Shown here piece by piece: positions 56,358-64,000 of a stretch of DNA of 64,000 nucleotides; the first letter of the stretch is position 1, and every line of letters starts with the position of its first letter. Source of the DNA: Cyanobacteria bacterium P01_A01_bin.123 (GTDB taxonomy: Bacteria > Cyanobacteriota > Cyanobacteriia > Phormidesmidales > Phormidesmidaceae); contig JBCBZT010000008.1 in assembly GCA_039815185.1 (NCBI GenBank), forward strand, positions 32,001 through 96,000, read 5' to 3'. The notes beneath the pieces are model-generated. The model ran no database searches, was not told the origin of the DNA, and saw nothing but the letters and a program-made list of their open reading frames with translations. A program made the translations under genes and the position numbers.

Positions 56358-56861
56358 TTAGCTTGATTGAGTTGCCAAAACCGCTTCCACAAACCCCTTT
56401 GGATCATCGGGGGTCAGCACCACGGTTTTTTGAGGAAATTTCAGCACTACTGAGTTACGGGGATTCGTCGCATAGGCCGTATATTTCCCCAAGGCTTGAT
56501 TGCGAAATTTACCGCTAAAGGCAAACAGCCCACCGTTGCCAAAGAGTCGCAGCGATTCATCCATGGCCGTTGGCACTACCTCAGCGCTAATCAGATTCCT
56601 CAGCTCAACGGTAGACTCCCACCCCAAACGCTGCACGGTTAAAGTGTGGCCTGCGATCGCGTAGCCGCGAATACAAAAGAAAGCCGTCGCCACTAAAATC
56701 ACCAACGGTAGCCCCACCATGGTTGGCAACCAAAACCAAGTGTTGCGAGGGCCTGTGAAAAGGCCAATTAATGCGATCGCAATCAGCAAACCACAGGTCA
56801 ACCCTGTGATCAGCCATAGCGACGTAGACCACGGTGCCTTGAACAACATCGTCGGGGCCAT
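56358..56861 (-). CDS. Membrane protein with bacterial PH domain
   Basis: FKAPWS, two TMs, IRGYAI, RLFGNGGLFAFSGKFRN, VVLTPDDP; ATG 56861 after AGGAGG. Confidence 0.82.
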   Translation of the reverse strand: MAPTMLFKAPWSTSLWLITGLTCGLLIAIALIGLFTGPRNTWFWLPTMVGLPLVILVATAFFCIRGYAIAGHTLTVQRLGWESTVELRNLISAEVVPTAMDESLRLFGNGGLFAFSGKFRNQALGKYTAYATNPRNSVVLKFPQKTVVLTPDDPKGFVEAVLATQSS

Positions 56862-57108
56862 TGAGTTTCCTCCTAATTGTTGCAAGTTTTGGATAAATTG
56901 AGTGCTAATCCGATTGTAAGCATTGCCCAAAACAAGCACCATGACCTTAGCCACTCGATCTGGGTTCAAGCACGATGACCTTGGTCACGCCTTTATCCCT
57001 GCAATAAAAAATAATCAAGGCCGAATAGAATGGGGATCTCTGGCATAGATTGGGAATATCTTAGGGGGGACACCCCAAGCCTTTTGCAGTCTTATCTGGG
57101 TTAGAGCC

Positions 57109-58098
57109 GTGCCTAAAGTTAGCATTTGCGTCCCCACTTACAACCGCGCCGAGATTTTACCCTACGCCGTCAACAGCGTGTTGAACCAAACCTACGGCGA
57201 CTTTGAACTGCTGATTTGTGACGACGCCTCCCCAGACTACACTGCTGATGTCATCGCCCAGTGGGATGATCCTCGTATTCGCTATATTCGCCACCCGCAA
57301 AATATCAAGCGCAGTCGCAATATGCGCTCTGGCTTTGACGCGGCCCAGGGCGAGTACTTTATCAAGTTTGACGACGACGATGCTCTCACCCCGGAATTTC
57401 TAGAAAAGGCTGTAGCCGTTCTGGATGCGAATCCTAACGTGGATTTTGTCTGCACCGATCACTGGGTGATCAACGCCAAAAACGAACGGGACGAAGCGGC
57501 GACCCAAGCCAACTCAGCCAAGTGGGGTAAAGATCGCCTGGGTCATGGTGTGATTGATGATTTGGTTCGTGAAACCTTTGAACACCAAAGCTTACAGGTC
57601 GGTTCTACCTTGTTTCGTAAGGCTTGCCTGGATGAAGTCGATTTCATGCAGTTTGAAGCCGACGGGTGCGAAGATTTTGACTTACTGGTACGCCTAGCCT
57701 TGGCAGGCAATACAGGTTATTTCATCCCTGAAAAGCTGATGGAATATCGCTTCCATGGCGGGCAAACCAGCCTCAAACAAGACATTCACTTTCTCTCTGC
57801 AAAGCTGTTTTGCCTCAACAGCTATCGCTTTGATCGGCCAGAGTTAGAAAGATCTCGGCAGGGCAAAGCCAATGGGCTCAAGCAAGTGTTGGCCCTACGG
57901 TTAATCGAAAAAGGGGAAACGGCAAAAGGTCGCCAACTGCTTCAAGAACTGCAGCAAGCTGGGAAACTCTCGTCGAAAGCCAAGGTGGGCACAATTCTGT
58001 CTTATTTGCCCGTTTGGATGCGCCAAATCGTATTTCAGGGGTTCCGCAAGGCCCGCCCCCAAGACTATAGCGAACGGGTTCGCAATGCGGCGGGTTAA
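57109..58098 (+). CDS. Glycosyltransferase family 2
   Basis: VSICVPTYNR, ICDDAS, FDDDD, CEDFDL. Confidence 0.93.
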   Translation: MPKVSICVPTYNRAEILPYAVNSVLNQTYGDFELLICDDASPDYTADVIAQWDDPRIRYIRHPQNIKRSRNMRSGFDAAQGEYFIKFDDDDALTPEFLEKAVAVLDANPNVDFVCTDHWVINAKNERDEAATQANSAKWGKDRLGHGVIDDLVRETFEHQSLQVGSTLFRKACLDEVDFMQFEADGCEDFDLLVRLALAGNTGYFIPEKLMEYRFHGGQTSLKQDIHFLSAKLFCLNSYRFDRPELERSRQGKANGLKQVLALRLIEKGETAKGRQLLQELQQAGKLSSKAKVGTILSYLPVWMRQIVFQGFRKARPQDYSERVRNAAG

Positions 58099-59038
58099 AG
58101 GTGGGCTGGGTTTAGTCGGTGGGCTGGTGCTAGGTCTAGCGCTCGTATTAGGGCTACGCTTTTTTGGCTTAGCGGATGTCCCGATAGCCTCAATGCCGTC
58201 TAGCTCGACTCAGACCGATACTGTGGTAGCAAGTTCATCGCCTGAGCTGGCAGAACCCCTCCAATATGAAGCGGTGACGCTACCCCGAGCCACAGTGCAC
58301 CTACTGACAATTCCCGTGGAGAGCGCTGATACCTTGCAGGTGGGCATTTCAGATAATTTACAACCGGTGAGCCAATGGGGGAGCCCCGAGGACACAGTTG
58401 CAGTCCTGAATGCAGGCTTTTTTGATCCGCAAAATGGGCAAACCACTTCCTATGTGACGATCGCAGGTGAGTTAGTTGCCGATCCACGCGACAACCCGCG
58501 ACTGATGAATAATCCAGATTTGGCGCCTTACCTCGGCAAAATCCTGAATCGTTCCGAATTTCGCCGACTCAACTGTGGAGAAGGCATCCGCTACGTTATT
58601 GCCGCCCACAACACACCGTTGCCAGCCAACTGCACCTTAATCGATGCCGTAGGTGCAGGGCCGCAACTTTTACCCACCGATACCGCTTTCGAGGAAGGAT
58701 TTATTGATTTCAATCAGGCTGGCGAAATCAGTCGAGATGCCTTGGGGAGTCGTAGCCTCAATGCTCGCACAGCAGTAGGCATTAAAGCCAATGGCGATGT
58801 GGTGTGGGCAATGGTGGCCCAGCGACCTGATGGGGCAAGCCCATCAGGCATGACCTTAGGAGAATTGGCCGAATTTCTTAGCGACCAAGGCGCGGCGTTT
58901 GCGCTTAATTTAGACGGCGGTAGCTCTTCTACGCTCTACTTCGATGGCACAACCCATCATGGCAGATGGGATGCTGGTGGTAATCCGATTCAGCGTGCGG
59001 TGAAGTCCGTTTTGCAACTCACGCGATCGCAGCCATAA
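58085..59038 (+). CDS. Phosphodiester glycosidase (NAGPA) family protein
   Basis: N-terminal TM, LNAGFFD, GAGPQLL, ARTAVGI, ALNLDGGSSS. Confidence 0.9.
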   Translation: MRRVKGGLGLVGGLVLGLALVLGLRFFGLADVPIASMPSSSTQTDTVVASSSPELAEPLQYEAVTLPRATVHLLTIPVESADTLQVGISDNLQPVSQWGSPEDTVAVLNAGFFDPQNGQTTSYVTIAGELVADPRDNPRLMNNPDLAPYLGKILNRSEFRRLNCGEGIRYVIAAHNTPLPANCTLIDAVGAGPQLLPTDTAFEEGFIDFNQAGEISRDALGSRSLNARTAVGIKANGDVVWAMVAQRPDGASPSGMTLGELAEFLSDQGAAFALNLDGGSSSTLYFDGTTHHGRWDAGGNPIQRAVKSVLQLTRSQP

Positions 59039-59066
59039 AGTCATACTCACCCGTGACGAAATCGCA

Positions 59067-60422
59067 TTAAAGATCAAGCACCACTTTGTTTGTCTTGGGT
59101 TTAGAGACGCAGATCAACACCGAGCCTTCATCCGGAGTACCCGTGGGCGGTTCGTCGTAGGCGACTTCTCCCGCTTGGATAGGACACATACAGGTGAGGC
59201 AAATGCCCGCCCGACAGCTGTAAGCTGGCTCTAACCCTTGAGATTCAGCAAAGTCAAGCAATGTCCCAGCCTCAGCCGTCCAGGTTGCGGTTTTACCCGA
59301 TTGGGCAAAGACGACTTCAGCTGTGCTGACGGCATCAGCGGCGGGTTCAGGCGCTGCAACTGCGGCTTTTGGGCCCTTCGAAAAAGACTCGAAAAAGACG
59401 TTGGTTTCAGAAACGCCCCACTCAGCTAGCCCGGCCCGCAATGCATCCATAAAACTGGGGGAACCACACAAGAAGTAGTCAGCGGCGGTGGGGTTGATAT
59501 GTTCTGCGATCGCAGGGGCGACAAGCGATTGAATCCGCTCAATATCCACGTAGCCCGTGCCGTGATAAAGGTCAGCATCTTCGGGTCGGGGGCGACTGTA
59601 ACAAAAATGAAGTTGGAGGTTGGGGGTTTGGGCCGCCACGGATAACATCTCTTCCCGCAGGGCATGATACTCACCATTTCGAGCCCCATGCAGAAACCAA
59701 ACCGGGCGAGCTGGGTTTACCGCGCTGACCGCTTTGGCCATGCTGATCATGGGGGTAATGCCGACGCCGTTGCTGATCAAAATAGCCGGTTTTGTATCCC
59801 CAACATTCAGCACAAACTTGCCGTTGGGCGGTTTGACGGGAATCACAGATCCTTCCTGAATGTGGTCGTGCATAAAGGTTGAGGCAATACCGGGCGGCAC
59901 CTCTAGCCCTTTGGGAGACCCTTCTCGCTTAATAGACAGGCGGTAGTAGGTCGGATTTACGGCATAGTCAGACAATGAATAGGTGCGAATGACCGGGCGG
60001 GGCTGGCCAGGAATCTCAAGCTTTAGCGTTAAAAACTGTCCGGGCTGGAAGTTGGGGAGCGGGCCTTGGTCTTGGGGCTGTAGATAAAAGGAGGTAATTT
60101 CTCGACTTTCTTGCACCTTGCGAGTCACGACAAAATTGCGCCAATCTTTCCAGATGTCAGGGCCATCGCCTGCGTGCACATCTGGCTGATGGGAGACGGC
60201 TATCTTATCCTTTGACCCTGGAGTCGCCAATCCTGTAACCGCACCGACCCCAGCCCCGATAGCTGCCGCCGCAACCCCAACTTCATGGCCAATCGCTGCG
60301 CCAGTGCCGTTGGCCAAACCAATCACTGCGCCAGCCACCAGAGTCGCCATTGAGCCGCCCATGCCGATTCCGGCCAGGCTTCTGAGGAGAGGATTTTTAA
60401 TCTGACTAAGGATGTCTACCAT
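59067..60422 (-). CDS. FAD/NAD(P)-binding oxidoreductase with C-terminal 2Fe-2S ferredoxin and Gly-rich hydrophobic N-terminus
   Basis: PGQFL, RTYSLS, SNGVGITPM, CGSPSFM, FESF, CRAGICLTC...LIC. Confidence 0.92.
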   Translation of the reverse strand: MVDILSQIKNPLLRSLAGIGMGGSMATLVAGAVIGLANGTGAAIGHEVGVAAAAIGAGVGAVTGLATPGSKDKIAVSHQPDVHAGDGPDIWKDWRNFVVTRKVQESREITSFYLQPQDQGPLPNFQPGQFLTLKLEIPGQPRPVIRTYSLSDYAVNPTYYRLSIKREGSPKGLEVPPGIASTFMHDHIQEGSVIPVKPPNGKFVLNVGDTKPAILISNGVGITPMISMAKAVSAVNPARPVWFLHGARNGEYHALREEMLSVAAQTPNLQLHFCYSRPRPEDADLYHGTGYVDIERIQSLVAPAIAEHINPTAADYFLCGSPSFMDALRAGLAEWGVSETNVFFESFSKGPKAAVAAPEPAADAVSTAEVVFAQSGKTATWTAEAGTLLDFAESQGLEPAYSCRAGICLTCMCPIQAGEVAYDEPPTGTPDEGSVLICVSKPKTNKVVLDL

Positions 60423-60589
60423 GGCTATTTATTTCAGTCCCATCGCCTATGGCATCAAGTTAGCAGATCCCGACTGTACAATCCTTAAGCATTTATGAGA
60501 CGTTGTGCATAGACATTTGGATATTCCCGACTTCCGCTGTGAAGGCTGCGCCAACGACTCCGCGCAGAAAACGCTGGCTACCCATTAGC

Positions 60590-60640
60590 ACCCCTCTGCC
60601 TACGGCACCTCCCCTTGATAAGAGGAGGCCGGGTAGGGTC
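60590..60640. repeat. Degenerate REP-like intergenic element
   Basis: CCCCTCTGCCTACGGCACCTCCCCTTGATAAGAGGAGG..., nested hairpins resembling the element at 26825. Confidence 0.4.
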
Positions 60641-60709
60641 TGATTTGTAGCTCAATTTTGGAAAATTGGTGTCAGCTAAGATTAGGAAACCAGCTTAACC
60701 TCCAACCTT

Positions 60710-62890
60710 ATGAGCAGTCCTAGCCCCGGCCCCCTTGGCGTGTTTGAAGACCCGATTGCCGGTGGACTCACCGAAATTGTATTTAGTATTGCGACTAAAG
60801 TAGGTGGGGCCTTTATTGAGACGATCAAAGACAAGCGACAGGCTAAAACAGCACTAGATCGCTATGAAGCCAAATACCGCCAGCGCTACGGGTCGGTGCG
60901 AATTTTGGGCATGAAGCAAGACTATCCCTTAGAGCAGGTCTATACCAAGGTCAAGTTTCTCGATGACATCAGTATTCGTCGTTTTGAATCTATTCAAACC
61001 CTTGAGGAAGCCTATCGGGATGGGGGCAAAAGGCGGTTGAGTTCGTCCAGTAGTGTGCCTCAAAGCGGGCCAACTGTCGTCAATCAACATGAGCGACTCA
61101 CGGTCTTAGGACAACCAGGGGCTGGGAAATCCACGTTCTTAAGACGAGTCGGGTTAGCTGCTTTTCGAGGCCAGCAAAAGGCTCCGCTTAAGTTTGACTG
61201 TATTCCCGTTTTCTTAGAGCTGAAGCGGTTTAATCCGACCCAGATTGATCTGCTGGGAGCAGTAGCTCAGGAACTCTCCAACTTTGGGTTTCCAGAAACG
61301 CCAGAGTTTGCAGCCAAAGCCCTGGAGCAAGGCAAGTTATTAGTCCTGTTAGATGGGCTCGATGAAGTTCCTAAAGGTATCTTGAATCCAGCTATTGAAG
61401 CCATTCAAGACTTCGTTACCCGTTACGACAAAAACCGCTTCATTACCTCTTGTCGCACTGCCGCCCACCGTACTGACTTTCGTGGCTTCATCAATGTTGA
61501 GCTAGCTGACTTTGACGACGAGCAAATTAAGATATTCATTCAAAACTGGTTTCAAACTCCACTCGATAAGGCCAGCCAAACAGCCCAGCGCTGTTGGCAG
61601 CAGCTCAACGACGAACGCAACCACGCCGCCAAGGAGCTGGCCCAAACGCCGCTGTTGCTGACATTCTTGTGCTTGGTCTATAACCGGACTCAAAAGTTCT
61701 TTGATAAACGGGCTACTCTTTATCACAAAGCACTAGATATTTTGTTGGAGGAATGGGCGGCCGATAAGCGATTGGAAATGGGCGATATCTATGAAGGACT
61801 GAATACCGAGCTAGAAAAGGTGTTGCTTGCAGAGATTGCCTACAATGGGTTTGTCAACGATCAACTTTTCTTTACGCGACAAGAGCTTACAGATCAAATT
61901 AACCACTTCATCGAAGATACTGCAGATAAACCAACGCTGCCAGGGAAGGATATTCTTGACGCTATTGCCGAACAGCAAGGAATTTTTGTTGAGCGGGCAG
62001 AGGATGTGTATTCCTTCTCTCATTTGACCCTACAGGAATATTTGACTGCCCAATACATCAGCCAAGATTCACAGCTCGTTATTGATGTAGTTAACGCTCA
62101 TCTTTTAGAAGATCGATGGCGTGAAGTTTTCTTATTGATTCCAGGATTGTTACGCAAGGCAGATGCCTATTTGTTAGATATGCAGTCAGTTGCTCAGCGC
62201 TGCCTTAGCACCCCCAAGCTCAAGGAGCTGATCGACTGGGCCAACGGCGCCACAAAAGGTTCAGAGAGTAACTACAAGCCAGTTGCCAAACGGGTAGCTG
62301 CAATCTTTATTGCCCGCGATCTCTCTATCACGCTTGCCCGCGACATCGACCTTGAACTTGCCATCGTCCGCGCCCGCGACATCACCAATGCCCGTGATCT
62401 TGCCCGTGCTCTCTCTATTTCTATTACCCGCGATCTTTCTAGCATCAGCGCTAGTGCCAGCGCTAGTGCCAGCGGCAGTGCAAGCGGCTTCGGCCACGGT
62501 TTCAGCTTCAGCGCCATCGACTTTGCCCTTGACTTTGCCCTCACTCTTGCCTTCGATCTTGCCGGAGAGTTTAAACGTTTAAATGTATTCGAGAAAATTG
62601 ATTTCTCTACAATCATCATGCATTTTGAGGCGTTTAAAGCACAGACTAAAAGTAATCACACATTATTCAACAATCGTCGGGAATTGATTGAAAGAATAAA
62701 CGAGATTTGGTGCCAAGCACTTACCCTTAATCCTGACCTCCTGAAACTCTCCGACCATGAGGTTGAAAATCTCACACATTATCTCTCTGCTAACCGTCTA
62801 ATTTTAGAATGCAAAGGTTCAGCTATACGCGTCTCTAAGAACACTTGGGACATGATTGAAAACCGCATGTTAACCCTTTGGAAAGAGTAA
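60710..62890 (+). CDS. NACHT-family NTPase
   Basis: GQPGAGKST, IPVFLEL, LLDGLDE, ITSCR, TPLLL, FSHLTLQEYLTA, RWREVFLL; low-complexity ARD repeats, then a helical C-terminus. Confidence 0.92.
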   Translation: MSSPSPGPLGVFEDPIAGGLTEIVFSIATKVGGAFIETIKDKRQAKTALDRYEAKYRQRYGSVRILGMKQDYPLEQVYTKVKFLDDISIRRFESIQTLEEAYRDGGKRRLSSSSSVPQSGPTVVNQHERLTVLGQPGAGKSTFLRRVGLAAFRGQQKAPLKFDCIPVFLELKRFNPTQIDLLGAVAQELSNFGFPETPEFAAKALEQGKLLVLLDGLDEVPKGILNPAIEAIQDFVTRYDKNRFITSCRTAAHRTDFRGFINVELADFDDEQIKIFIQNWFQTPLDKASQTAQRCWQQLNDERNHAAKELAQTPLLLTFLCLVYNRTQKFFDKRATLYHKALDILLEEWAADKRLEMGDIYEGLNTELEKVLLAEIAYNGFVNDQLFFTRQELTDQINHFIEDTADKPTLPGKDILDAIAEQQGIFVERAEDVYSFSHLTLQEYLTAQYISQDSQLVIDVVNAHLLEDRWREVFLLIPGLLRKADAYLLDMQSVAQRCLSTPKLKELIDWANGATKGSESNYKPVAKRVAAIFIARDLSITLARDIDLELAIVRARDITNARDLARALSISITRDLSSISASASASASGSASGFGHGFSFSAIDFALDFALTLAFDLAGEFKRLNVFEKIDFSTIIMHFEAFKAQTKSNHTLFNNRRELIERINEIWCQALTLNPDLLKLSDHEVENLTHYLSANRLILECKGSAIRVSKNTWDMIENRMLTLWKE

Positions 62891-62965
62891 TAATGCTATT
62901 GCGAAAATAATTTTCTCTACCATCACAGGACGAAAAAGCAAACCGTCCTATAGTTCCCGCCAATT

Positions 62966-64000
62966 TCAATACTCAGCGTAGTTCAGAAGCTCACTAATCG
63001 GCTGGGCAAAGTCAGACGCGATCGCATCTCCCCCACGCTCATACACCATTTCAAACAGTTCAGTGCGCTGCTCATCCGTCAAGTCATTGATAAAAGCACT
63101 CCCGCCGAAGAAATCCTGACTGCCAAATAAGCCCTGAATCGCGACAATTCCTTCATCGTGTAACGTGTCATAGAAAGCTTCAGACTCAGGGCGGATGCCG
63201 GTAAAGGCGCTGACTTGTTCAAACTCAAAGGGGGCAGCTTCAATCTCGACAAAGACATCGAGTTGATTCTCTGAATTGATCGATAACCCCAGATGAATAT
63301 CAGGATTTAGGCTATGAATCGCGATCGCTTGGTCTAAATCTTGGGTAATAAAACGCACCTGGTCTTCAGCATCTAGCGTGGTGATGATTTCTACCACTTC
63401 CTCAAAGAAATCGTCAGACTTGAGGTCGAGTTCTAAAATCGTGCGACCTTCGGCCCACTCCAGGGCTGCATGTAGGGTAGGCACCTTAAAATCAGTCACA
63501 TTGCCGTTATTATCGACCAATTGCAACGCTTGAATTTGGGCTAGGCTCGTCTCAGAGACAAGCCCCATGCCCGTCGTCGTCCGATCCAGCGTATCATCGT
63601 GCATCAAAATCCAGGCCCCATCAGCCGTACGACGGACATCAACTTCCAACAGGGCTGGGGCAAAAGTGAGCGTATTTTCAAAGGTTTCAATCGCATTTTC
63701 GGGGAATCCCGTTGTGAAACCGCCCCGGTGGGCTGAAATCAGATCTGGGTAATTCTCATCCCAAGCAAAGAAATCATGGATAGCATCGTCGGGCACTTCA
63801 ATGAAATAGCTGTTGTTGCGAAACCCAATGTACTCATTTAAAGACCCAGCAGCTGGAATTGGCCCCAGGCGATCGCTCGATAAGGCATAAACACTCCCAA
63901 TCGGTTCATCAATGATGCCTGAGAGCCCCACAACTTCGGTGCTCTCCAATTGGAAGCCGGTCTTGAAGGCCACCTGCTTGATGAATTCGATCGGCTTGCA
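62966..64000 (-). CDS. Glycerophosphodiester phosphodiesterase domain protein (5' end beyond right edge)
   Basis: ISAHRGG..PENAIE, EVDVRRTADG..ILMHDDTLDRTT, ELDLK; frame open to base 64000. Confidence 0.88.
   Translation of the reverse strand, partial: CKPIEFIKQVAFKTGFQLESTEVVGLSGIIDEPIGSVYALSSDRLGPIPAAGSLNEYIGFRNNSYFIEVPDDAIHDFFAWDENYPDLISAHRGGFTTGFPENAIETFENTLTFAPALLEVDVRRTADGAWILMHDDTLDRTTTGMGLVSETSLAQIQALQLVDNNGNVTDFKVPTLHAALEWAEGRTILELDLKSDDFFEEVVEIITTLDAEDQVRFITQDLDQAIAIHSLNPDIHLGLSINSENQLDVFVEIEAAPFEFEQVSAFTGIRPESEAFYDTLHDEGIVAIQGLFGSQDFFGGSAFINDLTDEQRTELFEMVYERGGDAIASDFAQPISELLNYAEY

Larger units (their letters stand above)
1..64000. repeat. HIP1 octamer GCGATCGC dispersed throughout
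   Basis: Dozens of copies in coding and non-coding DNA (e.g. 462, 1607, 5103, 12661, 27714); hallmark of cyanobacteria. Confidence 0.95.

Overview
A 64-kb chromosomal segment of a filamentous cyanobacterium. The HIP1 octamer GCGATCGC is very frequent, and the PsaA sequence resembles, from recall, the white-light PsaA of Halomicronema/Leptolyngbya-like strains. Left to right: an RNA-repair operon (Hen1, small P-loop kinase, Thg1-like protein running off the left edge); a TetR/SDR/DoxX/ABM redox cluster with a 124-bp MITE; a photosystem I operon psaA-psaB-psaL-psaI; a divergent 11-kb cluster that reads as a near-complete glycine-betaine uptake and demethylation pathway (BCCT transporter, Rieske oxygenase, dimethylglycine oxidase, monomeric sarcosine oxidase, L-serine dehydratase, DMT transporter, GntR regulator with a palindromic operator). 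Next come two paralogous 'P-loop ATPase + degenerate-NTPase-TPR' gene pairs, one broken by a nonsense codon and the other split by an IS inserted in a REP-like hairpin. Around them lie selO, a vapBC-type TA pair, a GH9 cellulase, an aldose epimerase, an amylase, a caspase-GUN4 protein, and a slipin gene preceded by a tRNA-like structured RNA. The right part has an RND pump with MarR, several nucleases, a GT2, a flavin/2Fe-2S reductase, a NACHT protein and a GDPD. The best candidates for undescribed biology are the betaine-catabolism cluster, the ATPase-TPR pairs and the tRNA-like RNA upstream of slipin. All family calls come from reading motifs by eye; no database search was run.
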